From: Candidatus Kapaibacterium sp.
GTDB taxonomy: Bacteria > Bacteroidota > Ignavibacteria > Kapaibacteriales > UBA2268
NCBI GenBank assembly: GCA_963665665.1
Contig: OY762428.1
Location: 2,272,001 to 2,336,000 of the forward strand
Direction: 5' to 3'
Length of the DNA: 64,000 nt
Shown: one piece after another, positions 10,412 through 21,300 of the stretch
Layout: every line of letters begins with the position of its first letter
How positions within the stretch are numbered: position 1 is the stretch's first letter
Program-made: the position numbers and the translations under genes
The notes under the pieces: generated by a model
The model's input: the letters and a program-made list of their open reading frames with translations, nothing else
Told to the model about the DNA's origin: nothing
Database searches by the model: none

Positions 10412-12388
10412 TTATTCTATCGGAGTTTTAACTTCAATTAATACGGTACGGCAGTAAAAACGCCCTTCCGGCAGCGTGTTGTCGTATAATAATTTGTCTG
10501 GCCCCGTACCGCTTACTTTGTCTACTTCTACATCAGGATTTATCGACTTGATATAATCCCTGACATTTATTGCCCTGTCCAGCGAAAGGCGCATATTGTA
10601 CCTGTATTCGCCCAGCCTGTCGGTTGAGCCGGTAATATTTACCTTTGAATTATTCTTAATAGCGCTTCTTACAAAATCATTTATCATCTTTGTGTTAAAA
10701 TCAGAAATCAAAGATCTGTCAAAATCAAATACTATCAGATTCAGGCGGCCAATCTCAAAATTATCCCTGTTTTTTGTAATATTGATAAGCTCGGAAGATA
10801 TTTCCATTCCGCCGTCCTGATGATAAACAGTCAGTTCCGCCTCAAGAGGTTTATTTTTTTCAGCTGCATCGGTAATTATCTTTTCCAGTTGATAATCGGA
10901 AGGAATTGTCAGAGTTTCCGGTGCGCCTTCGCCACTAACTTTCTTAACCATTTCATCATTATATCTTAGCCTCAGCTCATAATTCCTGACATGTTTCGGT
11001 TCTTTGATATCAATTTTCAGTTCAAGGGGTTTTTCGAGCGGAGTGTATTCAAGAAATCGCGAATGGATTACCGGTGCCAGAAGCCTGGGATTATCAGAGT
11101 ACAATTCCAGACGCCTGTTCTCGTCAAATCCTTCGCTATATTCAGTACTTGTTGGCAGGTTAGGTTTGTCTGATTTATTGATAATAAACCTGTCCCTGTC
11201 AATATCCCAGCGATTCGCGATCAATCCGGCAAAGTTGCGCGCCCTTTGGCCGGCAAGATTCAGCCTGTCTTCTCTTTCAGGAAGCTCTTCGCCGTCGGTA
11301 ACTCCGTTTATTGTTAAAACGGCTTCGGGATTTTCTTTCATCCTGGAGCCGATAATATCAATAATTGAATAATATATATCCAGGGTTTCATTCGGGAGAT
11401 TATTCTCGCTGAATTCGTCAACATCTCCACCCGGTAAATATATATCTTTCATATCATGTGAAGCGCTGTCGAAAAACACATAGGGCAGTATAGGATATGC
11501 CCTGGTAACTATTGTTTCCCTTATCTCAACGGGTTCCGGTTTTATCAATGCAATAATCGGATCCCTGACCGGCGCAGGTTCATCCATATCATCATATCTG
11601 TTTTTATATTCAAATTCATAGTCTGGCTTTTCCTTTCCGCCCGGATTGTATGCCAGGGATACAGTAAATCGGAGAAGGCTGTTCTTCCAGTCACTTTCTT
11701 TCATCACTGAGTTTAACCCGTACCTGTATTCCACTCCCGGAAGAAGCGATATGTTTTCATTCAAACGGACTTTCCATTCAGCCCCGGCAAGCAGTCCAAG
11801 ATTTGTTTGCGACTGAATCTCACCTTCGCCAACTGTTTGCTGAAATGTACCGTTTTCATACCTCACGGATAATGGCGATTTAATTTTTTCAGTATTTGTA
11901 AATTCTGAAGAGAAGAAAGGCTCGGCAATATCAATACCCGCCCTAAAGTACAGAGGCAAAGATGACAGAGGTTTCAGCTTCGCGTTCAAAGCAAGCGCAA
12001 AAACAGCGATTTGGGCATCGAAATTATGCTCCCGGATGAAAGGAACATACTCGTCTTTTTCAGGATCCAGAACCTCAGAGCACTGCGACTCACCGCTTAG
12101 CGAAGCAGGACGGTAATCATAGCTCAGCCGACCCTCGATGAAAAGAAATTTCGGCATAATTTCATATCCGCCGATAAGTCCGGCGAACCAGCTTATATCT
12201 TCGCCGTTACCGTAACTGCCGCAAAGGCTGTTATTCGGAAAATAAGGAATAGTGCTTTCATTCCATATCATTCCGGCTCCTGCGCTGATGCCAATATAAT
12301 AAGGTTCTTTCTCCTCATTTGGGAAAACAGGGAAAGTAATAAACAGATAAATTGTAAGGAAAATTAAAACCCGGTAAATATATCTCAT
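10412..12388 (-). CDS. OmpA-family outer membrane protein (beta-barrel plus two OmpA-like domains)
   Basis: Signal peptide and alternating barrel strands; VFFD...LAGQRA...ENRRLE and VFDFD...GSTDRLG...LSLDRA...RTV domains. Confidence 0.75.
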   Translation of the reverse strand: MRYIYRVLIFLTIYLFITFPVFPNEEKEPYYIGISAGAGMIWNESTIPYFPNNSLCGSYGNGEDISWFAGLIGGYEIMPKFLFIEGRLSYDYRPASLSGESQCSEVLDPEKDEYVPFIREHNFDAQIAVFALALNAKLKPLSSLPLYFRAGIDIAEPFFSSEFTNTEKIKSPLSVRYENGTFQQTVGEGEIQSQTNLGLLAGAEWKVRLNENISLLPGVEYRYGLNSVMKESDWKNSLLRFTVSLAYNPGGKEKPDYEFEYKNRYDDMDEPAPVRDPIIALIKPEPVEIRETIVTRAYPILPYVFFDSASHDMKDIYLPGGDVDEFSENNLPNETLDIYYSIIDIIGSRMKENPEAVLTINGVTDGEELPEREDRLNLAGQRARNFAGLIANRWDIDRDRFIINKSDKPNLPTSTEYSEGFDENRRLELYSDNPRLLAPVIHSRFLEYTPLEKPLELKIDIKEPKHVRNYELRLRYNDEMVKKVSGEGAPETLTIPSDYQLEKIITDAAEKNKPLEAELTVYHQDGGMEISSELINITKNRDNFEIGRLNLIVFDFDRSLISDFNTKMINDFVRSAIKNNSKVNITGSTDRLGEYRYNMRLSLDRAINVRDYIKSINPDVEVDKVSGTGPDKLLYDNTLPEGRFYCRTVLIEVKTPIE

Positions 12389-12802
12389 AATTTATTTATG
12401 TTATCGGGGTATTCTACATTCCGAATGATGGTGATTTTGTCATGCTTTGTGTCAGATCTCCGCTCTAAGTCTCAGTCTTTCCTTTTTCAGCTCCCGGTGA
12501 AAAAAAGTTAATTAAAAGTATAATTAGAGACTTGCTTTACGCCTAAATATTTTAGGCAGGGTGAAAAATTTTAAGCCACAGAGGGAAAGACTGCATTCCA
12601 CTTACCGCAGTAAGCCAGAGTGTTTTATTCTCCGGCTTTGCAGCACTTAATCAGCCTGACCAACTTCCTATCGCTTCGCTTATGAAATTTGAATATCACT
12701 TTTTAATAATTTCTTGATTGGCAGGCCGCCAAAACCTTCCGATATAAATAACTTTTCTTTATATTGTCCGTATAAAATAGATCTAATACAGAATGAGTTT
12801 TT

Positions 12803-13906
12803 ATGGCGGGAACGAATAATTTCAGAAAAAAAGAACCGGGTATCAGGGAAACTTTACAGGATGACCTGAACAGCGGTGATTTCTTTAAGAACCTGAAACG
12901 CGAATGGGCCGAACTGAAAGAATTCTTTATTGATGATGACAGACGGGAACAGCTAAAAACGATGGGCGGGTTCAAAAAATTCTTCGTTTTGCCATTCTGG
13001 CTGCTGAAAAGCCTTTTTCTGAAAATGAATACTGTTCGAAGAATGCTTTTCATTTTCAGCATTGTACTTATGTTCCTGACAGTAAAAATTGGAAACAGCA
13101 ATTCTGAACCCAATATGGATTTCAATCTGTTTGCAGCTTTTGTACTGATATTTATTCTTATGCTGGAACTTAAGGACAAACTACTGGCTAAAAGTGAACT
13201 ACGCGAAGGACGCTCAGTTCAGGAGGCCATGATGCCCGAGGAGAATCCTGCTATCAGTGGCTGGGACATTTTTCTGTACTCCAGGCCTGCAAATGATGTT
13301 GGCGGCGACATGGTGGACTACCTGAGGCTTGGCGAAAAAAGGAATTACATAGCCCTCGGGGATGTTTCCGGCAAAGGCCTTGGGGCAGCGCTGTTTATGG
13401 TGAAATTACAATCCACACTCAGGGCTATGGCAAACGAGATAACTTCCCCAGCAGAAATTTGCGACAGGGTAAACTCCATTTTCCATAGGGATAAAACTTC
13501 TAAAAGCTTTGCATCGCTTGTTTATGTAGAAGTAGAAGACAATTCAGACAAACTCAAAATTGTTAATGCAGGCCACATGCCCCCAAAAATTCTCAGTGAT
13601 GAAATAAAAGAAACTAAAACAAAAGGTATGCCGGCAATAGGCCTGATGAAAAAACCTCCGTACAGCGAAGAAATAATTAGTTTTAACTCCGGTGATGCAA
13701 TGATAATTTATTCAGACGGAGTAACGGAAGCAAGAAACCCTTGGGGAGATTTCCTCGGGGAAGATAAGTTCGAGACATTTCTCGGCAAGATAAAACATCA
13801 GAATGCTTCTATGATGGGCAAAAGACTTCTTGCCGAATTAGAATATTTCATAGACGATGCCAGTCAGTCTGATGATATTTCAATAGCAATATTAAAGAAA
13901 GAATAA
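12803..13906 (+). CDS. Membrane PP2C/SpoIIE-family Ser/Thr phosphatase
   Basis: VGGD..D, GDVSGKG, NAGH, YSDGVTEA and DDIS motifs; two transmembrane helices. Confidence 0.9.
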   Translation: MAGTNNFRKKEPGIRETLQDDLNSGDFFKNLKREWAELKEFFIDDDRREQLKTMGGFKKFFVLPFWLLKSLFLKMNTVRRMLFIFSIVLMFLTVKIGNSNSEPNMDFNLFAAFVLIFILMLELKDKLLAKSELREGRSVQEAMMPEENPAISGWDIFLYSRPANDVGGDMVDYLRLGEKRNYIALGDVSGKGLGAALFMVKLQSTLRAMANEITSPAEICDRVNSIFHRDKTSKSFASLVYVEVEDNSDKLKIVNAGHMPPKILSDEIKETKTKGMPAIGLMKKPPYSEEIISFNSGDAMIIYSDGVTEARNPWGDFLGEDKFETFLGKIKHQNASMMGKRLLAELEYFIDDASQSDDISIAILKKE

Positions 13907-13922
13907 TTTCCTCTTTCAAATT

Positions 13923-14115
13923 TTCCCGTCCGGTTCTTATTATTATAAAGTTCGTTGCGGTAAGCAGCTCATGAACGGCCGTTTTATAGTAAGGAAGTAA
14001 AGTGTTGCAACCTGAGGGTTAACCATCAGATTTTGGATAGCATCACTCGTCCGGCGATTTTAATTGCCTGATTTTAGTTTAAAATAACAAGAACCGCCCG
14101 GGGAAGGCGGCTCTT
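13923..14115. other. Structured intergenic element (candidate ncRNA) overlapping a terminator hairpin
   Basis: CGGTTCTTATTATT (13931-13944) is complementary at 13/14 positions to AATAACAAGAACCG (14083-14096). It encloses several small hairpins. A terminator-like AAGAACCGCC/GGCGGCTCTT lies at 14089-14115. Confidence 0.35.
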
Positions 14116-14199
14116 TATGGGTTTAGGGTTAGTTTGTCAGATTCATCACATCTTTAAAAACGATGTATGGCTAATTATATTGTTAGGTGTTGCAAATAT

Positions 14200-15813
14200 T
14201 TATTCTTTTGCATCATCTTCTTTGTTTTTTCCAAAATGGCTGAGTATATCAACGCCTGTTGCATTCTCGATCATTTCGGAAAGTGAGACGACCGATCCCG
14301 GGAGCTGGTTTACAAGCTTGGAAATATTATTTCCGCCATTGTCGCCGTTTCCGCTGTCAATCATTGTTATCTTGTCAATATTAATACCCTTTATTGATGA
14401 AGTAAGGGTATCGACAATCTGCGGAAGCATTTGCAGCATGAATACTTTATCTCCCTTACCGTCCGCACTGAGATATGCGCCTATCATCTGCTCAAGCACC
14501 ATACGGCGTGCTTCACCGTCAGCGATAATTGATGCAGCCTCGCCTTTTGCTTCAAGTTCCAGTGCTTCTTTCCTGGCTTTAGCCGGTTCGATAACGTCAG
14601 CCTGCAGGCGTTTCTTCTGGAGGATAATCCTTTCCTCTTCCATTTCCTGCTCGTATTTGGCCTGAGCTTTCTGTCCTGCAACTTCAGCTTCTTTTTCCAT
14701 GATAATTGCTTCTTTTTCAAGCTCGGCTTTCTTCATCCTCAGGTTGTTGCGTTCAGTTTCAACTTCCTGACCGGCAAGTGCTTCAGAAACTTTAACATTT
14801 CTGTCCGAACTGATCTGCGCCTGTTCCACGGCCTGTTTGGATTCTGCTCTGGCCTTTTCGGCTTCTGCATTAGCAAGCGCTTCTGCCGCTTTGGCTTCTG
14901 CCTGCTTGCGTGAATTAGCAATATTAACATTCTGTTGCGACTCAATCTGTGCTGTTTCAATTTCCTGTTTGGCCTTTGCATTTGCTTTCTCAACTTTTTC
15001 CTTTGCAAGTGCGGCAGCTTCCTTGGCGTCGGCTTCTTTCATCGAGTTCTTGATATTAATATTCTGCTGAACTTCAATCTGTGCTGTTTCAATATCCTGC
15101 TTGGCTTTTGCCCTGGCAATCTCGGCTCTTTTCACGCCATCAGCTTCGGCTTCTTCAGCTTCGGCTTTTTTGTCCGCCTCGGCCTTTTTAGCCTGGGCAA
15201 TTACCTCGGCAGTTTTCATACGTCCGATAGAATCCAGATAGCCTCTTTCATCGGAAATATTCGTGATTTTCAAAGTGTCAAGTTTCAAACCCAGTTTTTC
15301 CAGGTCGGTATCGGCTTCTTCCATCAGCTTCTGAGCAAATTTCAACCTGTCCTCGTTTACTTCTTCCGGGGTCAGCGAGGCAAGGACTCCGCGAAGGTTA
15401 CCTTCCAGGTTGTCCTTGGCTATAGCATGGATCTCTTCCTGGTTCATTGTCAGGAATCTTTCCACGGCATTTCCGAAAATCGGTTCTGTAGCATCAATCT
15501 TAATATTTGCGATAGCATCCACTACCAGCGGAATACCGCCTTTGGAATATGCATTATGAACAGAGAGTTCAATCGGAATAGTTTCAAGCGACATGCGGGA
15601 TGCTTTTTCGAGCAGCGGTATCTTTATGGCTCTCCCGCCCCTGATCATCCTGAATCCGACAATCGAACCGTCAGATAGTTTTCGTTTACGCCCCGATAGT
15701 ATTATAACTTCGTTCGGCTGAGCGATCAGCAGAAGCCTGCTTACTGCTATCATAACTATCAGCAGGGCAGCTGCTGCGATTACAACAAGCACTAGTATTG
15801 CACTGTTTTCCAT
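14200..15813 (-). CDS. Flotillin/SPFH-domain protein
   Basis: N-terminal TM, SPFH domain (LEGNLRGVLASLTPEEVNEDR) and long Ala/Glu/Lys coiled coil with three 44-aa repeats. Confidence 0.9.
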   Translation of the reverse strand: MENSAILVLVVIAAAALLIVMIAVSRLLLIAQPNEVIILSGRKRKLSDGSIVGFRMIRGGRAIKIPLLEKASRMSLETIPIELSVHNAYSKGGIPLVVDAIANIKIDATEPIFGNAVERFLTMNQEEIHAIAKDNLEGNLRGVLASLTPEEVNEDRLKFAQKLMEEADTDLEKLGLKLDTLKITNISDERGYLDSIGRMKTAEVIAQAKKAEADKKAEAEEAEADGVKRAEIARAKAKQDIETAQIEVQQNINIKNSMKEADAKEAAALAKEKVEKANAKAKQEIETAQIESQQNVNIANSRKQAEAKAAEALANAEAEKARAESKQAVEQAQISSDRNVKVSEALAGQEVETERNNLRMKKAELEKEAIIMEKEAEVAGQKAQAKYEQEMEEERIILQKKRLQADVIEPAKARKEALELEAKGEAASIIADGEARRMVLEQMIGAYLSADGKGDKVFMLQMLPQIVDTLTSSIKGINIDKITMIDSGNGDNGGNNISKLVNQLPGSVVSLSEMIENATGVDILSHFGKNKEDDAKE

Positions 15814-15825
15814 AGTAAGTTCTCC

Positions 15826-16437
15826 TTAGTTTAAGTAATCTGTTTCTACAATGTAAGCCATATTGTCTTTCACTTCAATAATAAGAACCCTGTCACCGAA
15901 TTTGAATTGATTTTTCTTTGAAGCATCAGAAATCTTTGCTTTTAATTCAATTGTGTTTCCTCCGGCACATACAGATATCTTTCCTTTTTCTTTTCCGCTC
16001 AGTCCAAGCAATACCTTTCCTGTTCTTCCTTTCAATGTACCGAGCTGCAAAGATTCACCGCTTTGGGAAGTCAGAAGGTATTTATAAAATTTATGGCCTG
16101 TTACCCAGGACATTGCCCCAATACCGACGGATGCCGCCAGTGTGATCAGGAAATTTGCGGACATAAGCTCCAGCACTGTTCCGGTCAGCCCGAAAAAAGC
16201 CATGAAAAAGATAATATTTCTGAAACTCAGGAACTTTGCAGCATCGGCAGCATCGCCCTGGTGGTCAATATCTCCTGAATGGTCAACATCGTGGCTCAGG
16301 TCGGGATCACCCCCGGAAAGATCATGGCCACCCGCGTGAGCGTCAAGTTCATGGCTTCCGTGGCTGTCTCCCATTATAAAGCTGGCTCCGAGCAGGATAC
16401 CGCCAAAAATCAGACAAGATAAGTATAGAATAAACAT
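15826..16437 (-). CDS. NfeD/YuaF-like flotillin partner
   Basis: TM helices, His/Asp-rich loop and C-terminal OB-like domain; directly upstream of flotillin. Confidence 0.8.
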   Translation of the reverse strand: MFILYLSCLIFGGILLGASFIMGDSHGSHELDAHAGGHDLSGGDPDLSHDVDHSGDIDHQGDAADAAKFLSFRNIIFFMAFFGLTGTVLELMSANFLITLAASVGIGAMSWVTGHKFYKYLLTSQSGESLQLGTLKGRTGKVLLGLSGKEKGKISVCAGGNTIELKAKISDASKKNQFKFGDRVLIIEVKDNMAYIVETDYLN

Positions 16438-16885
16438 CTTTTACTCCCGAAAAATTACAATTTTACAATTTCAAGGGTCGGATATTCCGGCGCTAAGTGG
16501 TCATTTGATTCAATCAGAAAGCGAAATATAGCTTAATATTTTAAATTTTCAAAAGTGATTTTTAATTCGTAGGATAAAATTGATTTTGCTCCGAATATCA
16601 GGATTTCAAACAATCAATCATAGCGCTATGAACACTCAATGGCAAGCCAATAAATTGAATATCTGGAGCTGAATAATTATATCCCGGTTTCGATATTGCT
16701 TTCCCGGTAAATAATTATTCAAATAATTGTCTGCCGGGAAATTCCTGGTATGTTTGTGGTGGTAATCATATTGTCAAGGCCTCCGAAATTGTTAAACCTC
16801 TTACTAATAAATACGGATAAAAATTCCGGGGGTTTCAAAAATCGGAATGCAGATTATCGAAAATTGATAGTGAATTATGAGATAG

Positions 16886-18118
16886 CTATTTGAACCTTAA
16901 AGCGCGGGCCGGGCTAATCCTGACAGCAATCAATGCAGGAATGAAAGTAGCAAGAAATGCCATGAATACCGAAACACCGATGACTATAACGAAATGCCAG
17001 GGAGACATACTGATAGGAATTGCATCAAGGAAGTAAATCTCGCCTTTCAGGCTAATAATCTCGTATTTCTGCTGTATCAGGCACAAAATAAATGCCAGAA
17101 GCGAACCTGATATTGTACCGATAAAACCGGTCATTGTTCCCCTGAAAACAAAAATACTGACTATCTGGGAGCCTTTCATTCCGAGTGAACGGAGAATTCC
17201 AATGGTACGGGTTTTTTCTACCACAATAACAAGAAGAGTTGTAATAATGTTCAGGACGGCAACAATGCTTATCAATGCAAGCACTATGGGTATTGGTTGT
17301 TTCTGCAATTCTATCCATGAGAAAATTGCCGAATGCTTTTCGTAAACAGTTTCTGTAAAATAAGGAAAACCAAGCTGATCATCCATGTGCCTGGATACAC
17401 TTATGGCCTCTTCGGGATTTTTCAACATAATATCGATAGAAGTGGCCTGAGCTGGTGGAATCCTGTATAGCCCTGCAGCTGATTTCATAGGTATAAATAT
17501 ATATGTTTCATCATATTGGCTCATACCTGTGCGGTAAAGCCCCCTGACTTTGAAACGTGATATTCGCGCATCAGGTATTGCACCCGCCGACAACCCGGCA
17601 TTTTTGAGTGTATATAGTATTATTTTGTCCCCCGGCTTCACATTCAGTTTGTTTGCCAGAGGAACACCGATTATTGCTTCCCTGGCCGAATCCGAACTAA
17701 AAGCAAAATGGCCTTCTTTCAGGTTTTCTTCGAGCGATGTAATATCCAACCCCGGCTGCATCCCCCTTATCACCACTCCGTCAGTATAAGTTTTTGTCCT
17801 GACAAGCCCCTCGCGTTCAATTACCGGAGCCATTGCTTCCAGGTCGCTATAATTATCGCGAAGTGTATTCATAACTTCATGATAATTATATATAGGAGTC
17901 CTGTTAAATGTTTTTATTGAAATATGGGAGCTGAATTTAATGGCATTTTCGTGCAATTTGTCATCAAAGCCTTCGAGTACCGACAATGACAGTATCAGAG
18001 CCATACTTCCAAGCATTACGCTTAGAAGTGCCGCAATTCTGACAAACCAGACAAAACGGCTTTTTCCCTTTCCGGAAGTTACTTTCTCTGCAATATATTT
18101 TATATTTCCACCTGTCAT
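16886..18118 (-). CDS. Lipoprotein-releasing ABC transporter permease (LolC/E family)
   Basis: SVLEGFD, EKTRTIGILRSLG and ISPARALRF FtsX-like motifs. Confidence 0.85.
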   Translation of the reverse strand: MTGGNIKYIAEKVTSGKGKSRFVWFVRIAALLSVMLGSMALILSLSVLEGFDDKLHENAIKFSSHISIKTFNRTPIYNYHEVMNTLRDNYSDLEAMAPVIEREGLVRTKTYTDGVVIRGMQPGLDITSLEENLKEGHFAFSSDSAREAIIGVPLANKLNVKPGDKIILYTLKNAGLSAGAIPDARISRFKVRGLYRTGMSQYDETYIFIPMKSAAGLYRIPPAQATSIDIMLKNPEEAISVSRHMDDQLGFPYFTETVYEKHSAIFSWIELQKQPIPIVLALISIVAVLNIITTLLVIVVEKTRTIGILRSLGMKGSQIVSIFVFRGTMTGFIGTISGSLLAFILCLIQQKYEIISLKGEIYFLDAIPISMSPWHFVIVIGVSVFMAFLATFIPALIAVRISPARALRFK

Positions 18119-18323
18119 TATGCAAAGATATGAAAAAGGCAGAAAAGAATTTTACAGGATAAAGAATATTATTCAAATACTGCTGACACTAATTAACTTT
18201 AAAACAATATATCTTTAATCCCTTAATACAAATTGAATACTCCCGAATCCACTGTAATATAAAAAAAAGGCTGCCCTTAAAAAACAGGACAGCCCAAGTT
18301 ATGCCTTAATCATTGTTGAATGA

Positions 18324-21300
18324 TTATCTTACAATATTTAGTTTTCTTGCATAATCCTTACCGCCGGTTCTGATGATAATCAGGTAGGTTCCGGATGGAA
18401 TTTCGCTGATATCAAATTCAACATTACGGCTGCCTATAAGATTTTCTTTATCATACAAGTTGCCGATAATTCTGCCAGTCATATCAACAAGATCTATCCT
18501 GATATTTAATGGGTTAGTAAATTCCAAAGGTATTGCTACCTTATTGTGTGCCGGGTTCGGAGAAGGCATTCCTATTGAGTATCCTTCGCCTTTGATAATT
18601 TCATTAACAGATCCCGGATCTACTGCAAAGCCTTCAAGAACAACTGATAAAGGAGAATTATCGGCAATGCTGTAAACTTTCAGCTCGCCTTTTCTTAATC
18701 CGGCTTTCGCAGGTTTGAACCTTATGCGGAATCTTTCTGTCTGTCCTATCTGTATTTGTTCGGGGGCAGCCATCATAAACGAGAACTCTGCGTCCCCTCC
18801 CTGTGGATCGTCATCGGTGATAACTGAATTTGTAATATCAATATCAACTTCGCCGGTATTTTCAATTTCTGCAAAGGATGTTTTGGTTTTCCCGACCTCA
18901 AGAGTATCAAATACAAGTTTATTACCTGTTTTCAGGGTCAGTTCCTTCTTTGCCCCGGGGGGTATATAATTAAACAGCAGATTGTTAATATATTGCGAGA
19001 AATACCATACAAGCATTTTGTTTCCACTTTGCGGCACTGCGCAACCGGTCTGTGCTCCGTTTGCTTCTTCTGATAAAGCCGGGAACCACTTTTGCCCCAT
19101 ATTCGAAGAAAGATAAACCTGGCCTCCGCTGCCAATAATTCCTATCATCTCGGATTCAGGCGGGCTGAACAGATTTACAGGACGCAAACCAATATCTGTA
19201 AGGTTGAATTTATTCTTAACCCAGTTGTTGCCACCATCACTTGTTGAAGCAACGAGCAAATCGGAATCGGCATCTGCCGATTCAGTATAAACAGCAATAC
19301 CCTTGTTCTCATCAATGAAGCCGATATAATAAACATAACTGCCGGAATTAATCGTTGATACTCTCCAGTCAGCGCCACGGTTGGTAGTTCTGTAAACACG
19401 GCCCGTTGTTGTACCGAACCAGCCGTAATCTCCCATCCAGTATGTTGACCCGACATAACCGGTTTCCTGTGCTCCTGCAGCAGGGATACCTTCAACTCTT
19501 GCCCAGGTTTTACCGCCGTCAGTTGTTGAGCCTATACCCCAGTTCTCTCCCAACGGGTCACCGAGGAAAATACCATTATTCTCATCAAAGAAATTAATAT
19601 CATTAATAAAGCCGGTTATCGAATTTACAGCTATTGTTGACCATGAAGAACCCGTGTTAACTGTTCTGTATATTCTTGCACTTCCATTGGAAGGCCCGTC
19701 GCCAAGGCAGGCGGTTGTTTCATTGATAATTCCAACTGCATAAACAGGATTGTTTGTAGCTTTGTTTATCGTTGAACCATTAGGGCCGACCTTGAAATAA
19801 ATACCACCGTAAACAGCGCTCTGCCCGGCAGCCCAGACAACATTTGAACCCTGGTATTTGGCTGAATGAAATACAGCATAGAACCAGTCCGGAAGGGCTG
19901 TTACATTATTAAATACATTGTTGCTGCCAATCTGTATCGGAATTCGAACCATCTGGTAGTCTGTATAATTAGTGGCTTCAAATTTAACCAGAAGTTTGGC
20001 ATATCCCTCAAACCATGGATTTATATCAAGCAACCTGAGCCTTATATCAAAATCCTTTGTCTGGTTCATGGAAAGTACACCGATATTGAACTCACTGTTT
20101 TCAATGCTGACATATTTATCCATCGGTGTGATAGTTATCTTCAGGTCAGATACATTAGCAAGGAAGTTATGCGTTTCCATATTAATTATACGGCTTTCAA
20201 AGTTATCAAGGACATCACTTCCTTCAATTGATAATTCTGTTATTTCGCATCCGGGAGCGCTAAGCTGAGGATTTTTATCATTATAAGCAAGGGCTTTATA
20301 TGCATTTATCCTTCCGTAAAGCAAGGGCCTTAGATCAGGATCCGATGTTAAAACATTATCAGATGTTGACCTTATCTGGTGGATGATCTGTTTCGGCGAC
20401 CAATCCGGATGGTAAGCTGCAACAAGGCCACACACGCCTGCCGTTACCGGAGAAGCCATTGAAGTACCGTTCTGACTGGAGTATGTATCCGTTGGATATG
20501 TTGCCCTGATGCTCTGCCCGGGGGTAAAAACTGTCGTATAGTGGCCATAGTTACTGAAACTTGCCATTTTATTGTTTGAAGCAGAAGCACCAACGCAAAG
20601 TACGTTGTCATATTTTGCAGGATATTGATCGTAAGTATCCAGATTTGAACCGTCATTTCCTGCTGCAACTACAACAATTGAACCCATTTCGGTAACTTCG
20701 TTAATTATTTCCTGTGCTGCCGGGCTGAAACCCGGGCCGCCCCAGGAACAGTTAATAATTTTTGCGCCCATTCTTGCAGCATAAAGAATACCTTCGTACC
20801 CACGGTAAATTCCCTGAACGCTCCCGTTGTCTGCACTGCATTTTACAGGCAGCAGCGAACAATTGAATCCTGTTCCGGCAACACCGAGTTCGTTATCGGT
20901 AACTGCTGATGCACATCCGGCAACATGTGTGCCGTGATGGTTCGATGTCAGAGCAGGTTTAGGATTATTGTCTTCCCTGAATGATCCGTTGGCAGCCTGG
21001 TTCTGGTCGATATTTCCCACAAGGTCCCAGCCGTTAACATCATCAATTTTTCCATTATTATCATCATCTTCGCCATTATCGGGAATTTCATTCGGGTTTG
21101 TCCAGATGTTGGCTTCCAGGTCCGGGTGGTCAATCTGTGTTCCGGAATCAACAATACCTATAAGCACATCCTTGCTGCCTTTGCTGATATCCCATGCTTT
21201 TTTCAGTTCAATATTATTAACAGCCCACTGATTATTAAGAAGCGGATCGTTGGGTGTATATTCAAACGGTTGATGAATAAATACGGGAACGGCATATTCA

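Noticed and set aside
14935-15678. 247-aa plus-strand ORF, and similar long antisense or overlapping ORFs (1264-1893, 9316-9906, 25700-26239, 62275-62949)
   Set aside because: They are shadow frames of well-supported genes and show no recognisable motifs.
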